Origin: a virus
Lineage: Duplodnaviria > Caudoviricetes
DNA length: 64,000 bases
Virus record (IMG/VR): IMGVR_UViG_3300021197_001179
Span: 372-64,371 of that record
Direction: 5' to 3' (one strand)
Shown: in pieces, positions 17,888 through 25,724 of the stretch
Layout: the number at the start of each line of letters is the position of its first letter
How positions within the stretch are numbered: the first letter of the stretch is position 1
Program-made: the position numbers and the translations under genes
The notes under the pieces: generated by a model
The model's database searches: none
Told to the model about the DNA's origin: nothing
Seen by the model: the letters and a program-made list of their open reading frames with translations, nothing else

Positions 17888-18085
17888 ATGAAAAAACAGA
17901 GAATGCACTACTATGGCATATTAGCCACGTACAACCCATATGACGATACATGGTACGCCTTTTACAGGGACGATATGGCTGAGTACTTTACCGACAGGGA
18001 TAATGTAGACACAGGAAAAGGAAAGAGTGCGCTATCGGCTATGAACGACTATATATCTAAGAAGATTACTTCCGCTTTCTCTTAA
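17888..18085 (+). CDS. hypothetical protein, paralog of 2831..3001
   Basis: YYGILATYNPY..WYAF..GKGKSALSAMNDYI. Confidence 0.75.
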   Translation: MKKQRMHYYGILATYNPYDDTWYAFYRDDMAEYFTDRDNVDTGKGKSALSAMNDYISKKITSAFS

Positions 18086-18498
18086 AGGGTTCCGCTAAAA
18101 GAACTTCCATTCTTTTTATATATGGATTTTCCTGACTTAGTTTTGAATCTTTTAATTTTAGATCCCTTATTTTTCCTATAAGCCTTCATAGCGTCTTTCT
18201 TATCTTTCCCCTTTTTCCAAGAGCCTGCCGCAAATTTTTCTGCACGTTTTTGTTTTTTAAACTCGTACACCTCTCCTGCCTCTAAGGCTTGTTTATATGA
18301 CTGACTTTTTTTCTTTCCCTTTTTATCAAAAGTAATAGTCGGGGCGGCATGGTATTTATCACCAGCCGTCCACCAACCCATCCTATGAGTCTCTACATTG
18401 CCTGAAGGGAGCTTATTACCTACCCCCTTTCGGATACTACGAGCGTGTTTTTTTCTTCCCTTTTTTATGGGGTTAGGAGTTTTATTAGATTTTTTCAT
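18082..18498 (-). CDS. highly basic hypothetical protein
   Basis: Lys-rich 138 aa, AEKFAAGSWK. Confidence 0.7.
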   Translation of the reverse strand: MKKSNKTPNPIKKGRKKHARSIRKGVGNKLPSGNVETHRMGWWTAGDKYHAAPTITFDKKGKKKSQSYKQALEAGEVYEFKKQKRAEKFAAGSWKKGKDKKDAMKAYRKNKGSKIKRFKTKSGKSIYKKNGSSFSGTL

Positions 18499-18770
18499 TT
18501 TTTCTTTTTTCTCTTAGGTTGCTTTTTCTTGCATCCTTTGCCCCTGGCTCTTTTATCCCCCGGCATATCTTTTTTAGAGCCTCTGTTTACGGAACGCTTC
18601 TTTTTTACCACACCCTTCTCTGTGTGTGACATATCGTACTTATCACCTTTCTTGACTGTGCCTTTTTTTAGAGCTTTACGTCTTGCTTTGTTACGAGCAG
18701 CACGTTTCTTTTTCTGTTCTTTAGAGGATTGAAACTTTTTGTACTCTTTTTTATAGTTTCTTGCAGCCAT
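18495..18770 (-). CDS. basic protein, degenerate HNH-like
   Basis: MAARNYKKEY..RAARNKARR..KGDKYDMSH..SVNRG; start at 18770. Confidence 0.7.
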   Translation of the reverse strand: MAARNYKKEYKKFQSSKEQKKKRAARNKARRKALKKGTVKKGDKYDMSHTEKGVVKKKRSVNRGSKKDMPGDKRARGKGCKKKQPKRKKKK

Positions 18771-18774
18771 ATAA

Positions 18775-18795
18775 CAAAGATAACGCTTATCTTTG
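18775..18795. promoter_or_regulatory. back-to-back promoter pair
   Basis: CAAAGATAA-CGC-TTATCTTTG gives TATCTTTG on both strands, each 4 nt from an ATG. Confidence 0.75.
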
Positions 18796-18799
18796 ATAC

Positions 18800-19192
18800 A
18801 TGGACAATGGCATAAGCGAAGCAACACAGAGGATCATGAATGATTTAGCTGTGTCGGATGAAAAGGGATACAAGGAATACGGAACCACTATAGACAGAAT
18901 TGACTACGATCATGCATCGTGGCTAAAAGAAGCTTACGATGAGTGTCTTGATATGTCTAAATATCTTCGTAGAGCATTGGACACACATGAAGATTCTATT
19001 CCTGTACGTCAAGTATCTGACTTCCTACTTGAAATCAACGCATCTATCCAAGCAAGCATGGGTATTGGCAGTGACGCAGAAGAAAAAGCCAGGAACAAAA
19101 GAATATGCGATCAGATAATCTCTAAGTGTGAAGAGATAGACCCTAAAAGGTTTAAGAGACTAGCCCAGACTCAAGCACCTTCAGTAGCATAA
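18800..19192 (+). CDS. MazG-like / all-alpha NTP pyrophosphatase-like protein
   Basis: GYKEYGTTIDR..WLKEAYDECLDMSKYL. Confidence 0.55.
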   Translation: MDNGISEATQRIMNDLAVSDEKGYKEYGTTIDRIDYDHASWLKEAYDECLDMSKYLRRALDTHEDSIPVRQVSDFLLEINASIQASMGIGSDAEEKARNKRICDQIISKCEEIDPKRFKRLAQTQAPSVA

Positions 19193-19376
19193 GCAGCCTT
19201 TCGTAGTAAGGCAGGTAAGTCTTGTTGCCAGAGTTTGCTTCTAAGACAGATACGTGACTTTCAATCATCATTGACACGTTAGATACTTTAGCCTCCGGTG
19301 ATATTTGTACTTCATTGTCATAGTTCCTGAACGGAGCTAGACGTTTTTTAAGCTCACTCAGCGGAATCCTTTCCAT
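19152..19376 (-). CDS. hypothetical protein
   Basis: 74 aa, YLPYYERL. Confidence 0.65.
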   Translation of the reverse strand: MERIPLSELKKRLAPFRNYDNEVQISPEAKVSNVSMMIESHVSVLEANSGNKTYLPYYERLLMLLKVLESGLVS

Positions 19377-19590
19377 TCTCTCTTTGCTCTAGCATAAAAT
19401 CAGCGTAACGATATCTCATTACTGCAATTAACTTTAATCCAAGGTCTACGGACTTTACTGTGTCGTTGAAATCAACCTCAATCCCCAGCTTCTCACAAAC
19501 CAATCTCATGCTCTCTGGGTCTTTCGGCATCGGTATGGCTTGAACCTCTAGGCTCATTGCAATCTCATCCCTTAAAGTCTTTTCATCCAT
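19354..19590 (-). CDS. hypothetical protein
   Basis: TLRDEIAM...YRYADFMLEQR. Confidence 0.7.
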   Translation of the reverse strand: MDEKTLRDEIAMSLEVQAIPMPKDPESMRLVCEKLGIEVDFNDTVKSVDLGLKLIAVMRYRYADFMLEQRENGKDSAE

Positions 19591-20050
19591 AGTAAAACAT
19601 TGTTAATTTATCCTTGTATCCTTCTTTTTCTTTTAGTCCTTTTGGGATTCTACCAACCTCTTTGAAGTTCAATCCCTTTAACAGCTTGATAATCAATAAG
19701 TTAGACTCAGAAACATTGGCAAATAGGTTGAAGTAAGAGAACTCGGTTACAAATATATCCATCAAATTAGTTCCTAACCCAATATTCCGAACATCAGGAT
19801 GCACGCACATTGCAAGTTCCATATTATGATAAGTTGATTTTGTTATGCCCATTGATCCTAAAACCACACCAACTATCTTTTTATCTAGCTCCACAACTTT
19901 TATGTGAGTGTATTTACTAATCGTTGCTTGAGAAATCCTTCCGCAAGCTTCCTCCGGTGTAATCATCATACCTTCAGAATCTTTTGCACAAAGCTTCACA
20001 AGAGCTTCTATCTCGTATCCTTCTGTTATATTTGCGTCTCTAATCAGCAT
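19583..20050 (-). CDS. GNAT-family acetyltransferase
   Basis: VHPDVRNIGLGTNLM (motif A), N..IIKLLKGLNFKEVG. Confidence 0.88.
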   Translation of the reverse strand: MLIRDANITEGYEIEALVKLCAKDSEGMMITPEEACGRISQATISKYTHIKVVELDKKIVGVVLGSMGITKSTYHNMELAMCVHPDVRNIGLGTNLMDIFVTEFSYFNLFANVSESNLLIIKLLKGLNFKEVGRIPKGLKEKEGYKDKLTMFYYG

Positions 20051-20098
20051 AAGCCGAAATTAGAAAAAGATTCTTATATTACAAGTAAAGGTTTAAAA

Positions 20099-20347
20099 AT
20101 GTCAAAAAGGAAAGAAGGAGCAGTCAGGAACGATGAGATTCAAGAGCTTAATACCAAAGCAAGAAAATTGGCTGATAAGTATTCGCCAGATTTAAGTAAA
20201 CTACAAAAAGTACGGATTGATAACAGCACTTATATTTACATTGATCATGGTAAAGATCCGGTACTGGCTAAAAAAAGATTCATCGACAAAATGAATGATA
20301 GACCTATGAATATTAGGTACAAAAACTATGATACCGACAAAGAATAA
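20099..20347 (+). CDS. hypothetical protein
   Basis: likely start MSKRKEG; VRIDNSTYIYI. Confidence 0.6.
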   Translation: MSKRKEGAVRNDEIQELNTKARKLADKYSPDLSKLQKVRIDNSTYIYIDHGKDPVLAKKRFIDKMNDRPMNIRYKNYDTDKE

Positions 20348-20363
20348 TCATTATATTTGTTGT

Positions 20364-20456
20364 ACTCATTTTCGTAGCCTTGACGCTTCAGTCGGCTGGT
20401 TAAATGTTTTCATGTTTTGTTTTGGCAGGGGTCTTTAGTCGGACCCCTGTTTTTTT
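20364..20456 (+). ncRNA. candidate small RNA complementary to translation start regions
   Basis: TATATTTG box at 20352-20359, internal hairpin, U-rich CAU tract, terminator CAGGGGTC/GACCCCTG plus T7. Confidence 0.55.
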
Positions 20457-20459
20457 GAT

Positions 20460-20870
20460 ATGATACCAAGAAAGAAAAAAGTCTGCAAAGAGTGCGGTAA
20501 GACCGACTACATCTTCAGTAAAGGAAGGTGCAAGCCTTGTGCTGCAAAGGGTTACAAGAAGATTGGTCCGTCAAAAAATGTGAAAGCCAAGATAGACCTA
20601 GACACCAACTTCTACAAGGAGATATGGTCTGAAAGGTTTCATTACTGCGAGAACTGTCACAAAGACCTGGGAGATAAATGGGAGCGATATATGTTTTCCC
20701 ACATATTGAGCAAGGGGGCGCACCCTGCGTTTAGACACGACAAGGACAACATCAACATTCTGTGTCTAGAGTGTCATCAAAAATGGGAATTTGGCGATAA
20801 GAAGAGCATGAATATATATCCGGAAAACGAAGAGATAATTCAGATGCTCAGAGAGAAAATCCTTAATTGA
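20460..20870 (+). CDS. HNH/NinG-like zinc-binding nuclease
   Basis: CKEC, CKPC, CENC, SHILSKGAHP, NINILCLECH. Confidence 0.8.
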   Translation: MIPRKKKVCKECGKTDYIFSKGRCKPCAAKGYKKIGPSKNVKAKIDLDTNFYKEIWSERFHYCENCHKDLGDKWERYMFSHILSKGAHPAFRHDKDNINILCLECHQKWEFGDKKSMNIYPENEEIIQMLREKILN

Positions 20871-20911
20871 TTTAAAATCAGTATCTTAGCAGTGTTTTAA
20901 AACGAAACGCT

Positions 20912-21112
20912 ATGAATGAAAAATGGAATTTAGTTTCCGTTATTAGACCTGAAACACACAAGGATGTGTTATTCAGTGATGGTAAAAAGTTCTTCGATGG
21001 CTTTTTGGGTTGTGACAGAACAGTGTACAGAAATACTGCTGAAATTCCGGTAGCGGAGCCTAAAGCACTGTACTGGTCTGAAAAGCCTAAGTTGTCAAAG
21101 AATAACAAATAG
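20912..21112 (+). CDS. hypothetical protein
   Basis: 66-aa ORF. Confidence 0.55.
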   Translation: MNEKWNLVSVIRPETHKDVLFSDGKKFFDGFLGCDRTVYRNTAEIPVAEPKALYWSEKPKLSKNNK

Positions 21113-21280
21113 GTCTTTACTCCAACACTTCGGAGTGTAGCCAGGATCAAACTCTCCAAGGACAAACCCTTTAGAGAGCCAGAACTCCTTTCCCTCTTCG
21201 TCAAGGTCTTCACACATAAATATCTCTATATCTTCTCTGTGTTCGTGAGTCTTTAATTTAAAGACAGTGCCTGGAGCCAT
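21095..21280 (-). CDS. hypothetical protein
   Basis: likely start MAPGTVF. Confidence 0.45.
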   Translation of the reverse strand: MAPGTVFKLKTHEHREDIEIFMCEDLDEEGKEFWLSKGFVLGEFDPGYTPKCWSKDLFVIL

Positions 21281-21311
21281 CCACAAGAAACTTTTTTGTA
21301 ATATTGCATTC

Positions 21312-21647
21312 ATGGATACAAATATAGCGGAAGCTTTCCTTGATGCAATGGATTTTAACTTTGTTAAGTCAGTAATCCGTTCAAATAAGGCTTTAAAAGC
21401 ACTATGGGGAGGAACAACGCCTTCAAGATCAGACCTTTCTAGGGTAATTACCAATATGGTTAAGCGTGTTGATGAGTATCCGGAAGCAGAGGACTGCGTG
21501 AATGGAATTGTGGTAAGAAAGTACTCAGATATTATTCGCCTGGACTTCCTTTATCTTTCTTACACTTTTCATCTAGATAAATCTTCAGAAGATACTCAGG
21601 AAGAGACTCCGCAAGCTTCTGACTCTTATCAAGAACCTTCTTCATAG
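21312..21647 (+). CDS. hypothetical protein
   Basis: likely start MDTNIAEAFLDAMDF. Confidence 0.55.
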   Translation: MDTNIAEAFLDAMDFNFVKSVIRSNKALKALWGGTTPSRSDLSRVITNMVKRVDEYPEAEDCVNGIVVRKYSDIIRLDFLYLSYTFHLDKSSEDTQEETPQASDSYQEPSS

Positions 21648-21826
21648 AGTCTTTTAGTCCGTAACGGATTACGATCTTCTTTTTCTTAGGGTCTATATTT
21701 ATTTTCATAGTGAGTTGTATATTTCTAGTGTACCTATTACCAATACTGATAATCCAATTAGTATTATAAAGACTATCAGTAAAAGGTAAAGTATAAATCT
21801 TATTTCTTCTACTATTTCGTTAAACT

Positions 21827-22915
21827 TCATAGGTTGTGTGTTATACGGGCTACCTGCCCATGTTTCTTACTGTGTACAAAGGCTTCTATAGCTTTCTTAG
21901 CACCAATGTATCCATTCCTATGATGCCATGAATCAGCGGCACTAGGTGTTCTTAAATACTCAACCGTGACACCAGTAAAATCTTTACCCGATAGAAACTT
22001 GTGAGTCTGTTTGTGGTGGATGTGATGCAGGTATATATATCTCATTTCACACCTAACCCAGAGTTTTGGAGTCTCTTGCGCCATTATCAATGGCAGGTTG
22101 TCAAGCTTCGCTCCATCTCCGTGGTTGGTTCCGATTAGATTAACTCCGTATGGAGTGTATTTTCTGTGAGCCAAACCAACATCAAAGGTTACGTTATTAC
22201 TTAGCCTGAAATAAGCCTCTAGCGTTTGCGCCAACATCCAGCCACTCATGTAGTCGTGGTTTGATGGATTGAATATGACATGTACGTTTGCTACCGGAAG
22301 CAGTCTCTCAATAGCCCTGACATACATATCTTTGGCTGCTGTGAATGCTTGTCCCCAAGTTCCAGATGTGTCTTGAGGAGTTCCCTTAGTGGTTGTTCTG
22401 TGAGGAGTATCTGTATGAAGAACATCATTGCCGATTACAAAGAATATCTTGTCAATTTCAAACCCAGAAGCTTTAGCGAGTATCCCATCAATACCCTCAT
22501 CTACTTGGCTGACTGCCGTCTGTATATCGTAGTGCCGACCTGTTTCGTCCAGGGAAGCCAGCTTGCCTACATGTATATCAGACGGGTCTAGCACCAAGCA
22601 ATGAGGATCTGATAGCGGTTTTCTTTTAATCGGGGTAAATGTAGGAGAATATTCTCTAAGCTCTTCAAGTATTGGGTCAAATGTTTCTTCTACTACTTTA
22701 GAAGTTAATCCTCCACTTTTAGTTACTACTGAAAACCTAAGTTCTCCGGATGCGGATTGCCAATGTTTAACGCTTACAACGTCATCTTTTTCAATTCCAC
22801 GTTCTGCTAGATGAAGGTCAAGTGCGGTATTACCATTAACACTGACATTGTTTCCCCTGTACTCATTAATTATATCTTGTTCGTCTGGAGAGAGTCTAAA
22901 TCTTTTGTTTCCCAT
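21827..22915 (-). CDS. calcineurin-like metallophosphoesterase (Mre11/SbcD-like)
   Basis: SDIHVG, GNDVLH, SNHD, NHGD, HIHH. Confidence 0.85.
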   Translation of the reverse strand: MGNKRFRLSPDEQDIINEYRGNNVSVNGNTALDLHLAERGIEKDDVVSVKHWQSASGELRFSVVTKSGGLTSKVVEETFDPILEELREYSPTFTPIKRKPLSDPHCLVLDPSDIHVGKLASLDETGRHYDIQTAVSQVDEGIDGILAKASGFEIDKIFFVIGNDVLHTDTPHRTTTKGTPQDTSGTWGQAFTAAKDMYVRAIERLLPVANVHVIFNPSNHDYMSGWMLAQTLEAYFRLSNNVTFDVGLAHRKYTPYGVNLIGTNHGDGAKLDNLPLIMAQETPKLWVRCEMRYIYLHHIHHKQTHKFLSGKDFTGVTVEYLRTPSAADSWHHRNGYIGAKKAIEAFVHSKKHGQVARITHNL

Positions 22916-22924
22916 ATTACGAAT

Positions 22925-23425
22925 TTACGGAATATCCCTTTCGTATATAGCTACTTTGTTTAAAGTAGCCTTTAAGGGTTTGCTTAATTTGCTTTGATTA
23001 ATAGTTCTGAAATACATATATGGTTTACTTGATAGAACTACTAAAGCCAATATATCATCTTCAGACTTGTTTTTTATAATAGGATCATTAGGCTGGAACA
23101 ACCAGCTATTTGGAAAACCTGATGTAACCAAGCAAGATTTAACATGAATATTCTTGGTGTGAACCTTGATGTCTGCATCAAAGCTTTTTGACCTAGAATC
23201 GTATATCATAAAGTCAGGAGCAGAAGGATTTTTCTTCTTAGACACCAAGTAATCATGCACTAAAACCTCCGCTATTTTGCCGTAGTAAATGTCTTGAGTT
23301 ACTTTCTCTAAGTTGCTTTGATTTCTCCTTGAGTACTCATTCGTGTTTGATACCGCACACTCTTCTGCAAACACCTTACAGATTCTCTGTTCGTACTTGG
23401 ACGGCTTCCTTAATTCTATCTTCAT
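22925..23425 (-). CDS. putative PD-(D/E)XK-type nuclease
   Basis: GKIAE..PD..FDADI..IHVKS; start MKIELRK at 23425. Confidence 0.5.
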   Translation of the reverse strand: MKIELRKPSKYEQRICKVFAEECAVSNTNEYSRRNQSNLEKVTQDIYYGKIAEVLVHDYLVSKKKNPSAPDFMIYDSRSKSFDADIKVHTKNIHVKSCLVTSGFPNSWLFQPNDPIIKNKSEDDILALVVLSSKPYMYFRTINQSKLSKPLKATLNKVAIYERDIP

Positions 23426-23431
23426 GTTGTT

Positions 23432-23491
23432 AAAAAAAAGAAGGGGCAACACCCGAAAGTGTCACCCCAAGGAAGGAGAAAGGAAAGGAAT
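23432..23491 (-). ncRNA. candidate CU-rich small RNA
   Basis: TACATTTG box at 23502-23495, UUCCUUUCCUUUCUCCUUCC tract, UUCG-capped hairpin with G.U pairs, U8. Confidence 0.5.
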
Positions 23492-23613
23492 ACACAAATG
23501 TAACAATAAATACCCTTCAAAAAACCTACCTTGGTTTGTTTGCTCGGCAAGATAGCATAAAAATATAAACATCAAAATAAATAAGTATTTTTGTAATTCA
23601 CGCAACTATTTGT

Positions 23614-25533
23614 ATGAAGCCGAAGAAAGGACCGGAAATAATAATAAACGGTAAGCCTAAGAAGCCCAAATTTATATGGGAAGGCAAACCCAAGATGAGC
23701 AAAGCTGAAGAAGCTAAGTGGTGGCTGAAAGAGCAGGAAAGGTGGGTAGAAGGCTATAAAGGTCTTAAAGGACTTCACTACTTCTATCTCACACAAATTA
23801 AGATTAAGACTCCTAGAGGTCAACTAATTAATCCTTGGTGGAGAGATGTTGACGAATGGGTTATAGATGAATACTACGAAGCTACAAAGCTTGGACAGGA
23901 TTTATGCATCTACAAACGTAGGGGGATAGGACTGTCTGTATTGTTTGCTCCTGGTGTTGGTTTATGGAAAGCTATGACTTCGCCAGGATCAACATCACTT
24001 CTCACATCAAACAACAGAAGTAAGACTGAAAAGTTATTTAACGAAAAGGTTGCGGTTGCTTATGACAATCTAGATGATTGGATAAAACCTGAGAAGAAGT
24101 CTCAAAGGATGACCGGTTATATGACCATTGACATCAAAGACCACACAGGGCAGACTACAAAGAATATGTCTAACATCCTCGCAAGGCAAACGAGTGACAA
24201 CAGAAAAGATGCGGCTAACTTTGAATCAGAACGTGCTACTCACGCATTTATTGATGAGCTATTCCTACACGATTACGCTTCGGAAGTAAGACAATCTATT
24301 CAGGCTTGTTTGATGGATGACTTTGAAAAAATTGCTCCTGTTGTATTTGGTGGTTCTGCTGGTATTGTTTCTGAGTCTGGTATCAAGGAAGCGGAAATGA
24401 TGTGGAAAGAGGCTGAGTCATTGAATGTCCGTACAGTCTTTATTCCCGGTACTATGGGGATTAGTCGTGCGCCTGAATTTGACGATAAAGGTCAGATGAC
24501 AGGAAGATTCTACAACTTCTGTCCGAATGGTTGGTCTGACAAAGATGGAGCAGCAGAGTGGATTGAAAAAAGAAGAGAGCATCTTGACAAGTCAGATGAC
24601 AAACGTGACTACATTGGTTTCGTTAAGTCTTACCCTGTTGAGATAGATGACATCTTTGAGATGAACAATGTCGGTATAATCCCAGAAGACATTCTTCCAA
24701 AGATAAACGCACAGAAGAAAAAGATAGTTGCAGAGCCAAGACCGGTAAATACTTATGACCTTGTAGAGAAGGGGGATAGAGTTGTTGCGGTTGCAAACAA
24801 CAAGGGTATGTTTACGATACTTGAGCATCCTGTTTCAGGAGAAGAGTATAGAGCTGGAACTGACCCCATACCAATGGTGGATACGTCAGACATGGATACC
24901 AAGAAAGCTTTGAAAACAGGTAAGCGTTCTGTCCATTCAACGATAGTCAAACGTCCAAGTACGCAAGAATACGTTGCGTTCTATCAAAGAAGAACAAACG
25001 ACCCAATTACAATATACCAAGAAACTATGCTATTGCAGCGTTACTACAACAACTGCAAGAATATGGTGGAACGGAATGAAGGTAGGGTTCTTATGGATCA
25101 GTATAGGTCATTTGGAACTTGGTCTTTCTTAGCAAACCAACCTATAATTACCGGAGCTAAATCATTTGATAGAAAAGCAGCTAAAGGTTTTCACAAAGAC
25201 AAATGGAATCGTGATACTATTTACAATATGTTCTTTGAGTATCTTAGAAACCATTGCAGTAAGATTTGGTTCTTAGATGTAATAAATCAACTGCCTGATT
25301 TTCACGTAAGCAACACTGACCTTTTAGATGCTTTGGTATCTTGCGAGTTGTTTGATAGAGATGAATACAAGAAATCAGAAAAAAATAAATCGGTAAAATT
25401 CAAGGAGGTGAGTTATGTTACAACTGACGAAAGGGGGAGGCGTGTGACAAAGTGGCAAAAAATACCGATATTTGAAGTTGGAGAAGAACATCCTATTAAA
25501 AGGGATGTAGCAACATGGAACACAAGGGGTTAA
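23614..25533 (+). CDS. terL: terminase large subunit (crAss-like)
   Basis: GLHYFYL, KRRGIGLS Walker A variant, FIDE Walker B, AGTDP nuclease motif, DLLDA. Confidence 0.9.
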   Translation: MKPKKGPEIIINGKPKKPKFIWEGKPKMSKAEEAKWWLKEQERWVEGYKGLKGLHYFYLTQIKIKTPRGQLINPWWRDVDEWVIDEYYEATKLGQDLCIYKRRGIGLSVLFAPGVGLWKAMTSPGSTSLLTSNNRSKTEKLFNEKVAVAYDNLDDWIKPEKKSQRMTGYMTIDIKDHTGQTTKNMSNILARQTSDNRKDAANFESERATHAFIDELFLHDYASEVRQSIQACLMDDFEKIAPVVFGGSAGIVSESGIKEAEMMWKEAESLNVRTVFIPGTMGISRAPEFDDKGQMTGRFYNFCPNGWSDKDGAAEWIEKRREHLDKSDDKRDYIGFVKSYPVEIDDIFEMNNVGIIPEDILPKINAQKKKIVAEPRPVNTYDLVEKGDRVVAVANNKGMFTILEHPVSGEEYRAGTDPIPMVDTSDMDTKKALKTGKRSVHSTIVKRPSTQEYVAFYQRRTNDPITIYQETMLLQRYYNNCKNMVERNEGRVLMDQYRSFGTWSFLANQPIITGAKSFDRKAAKGFHKDKWNRDTIYNMFFEYLRNHCSKIWFLDVINQLPDFHVSNTDLLDALVSCELFDRDEYKKSEKNKSVKFKEVSYVTTDERGRRVTKWQKIPIFEVGEEHPIKRDVATWNTRG

Positions 25534-25724
25534 AGGATAGGAAAGTAAAGTGGGTAGGAAGAGATGGGAATACTAAGACGGGCAACTTTTTGGCTGTCGG
25601 ATACAAGGGTGATATAAATAACGGTTTGACCACATACGCAATTATAATAAGAGACTTAGACGGCAGGGCTTGTGAGCTTCCGTTCCCATCAATAAAATTT
25701 ATGACAGATGATACTGGACAATAG
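25515..25724 (+). CDS. hypothetical protein
   Basis: 69 aa bridging terminase and portal. Confidence 0.55.
   Translation: MEHKGLKDRKVKWVGRDGNTKTGNFLAVGYKGDINNGLTTYAIIIRDLDGRACELPFPSIKFMTDDTGQ

Noticed and set aside
23461-23490. CsrA-sponge GGA repeats on the plus strand
   Set aside because: Promoter, G.U pairs and U tract all indicate minus-strand transcription
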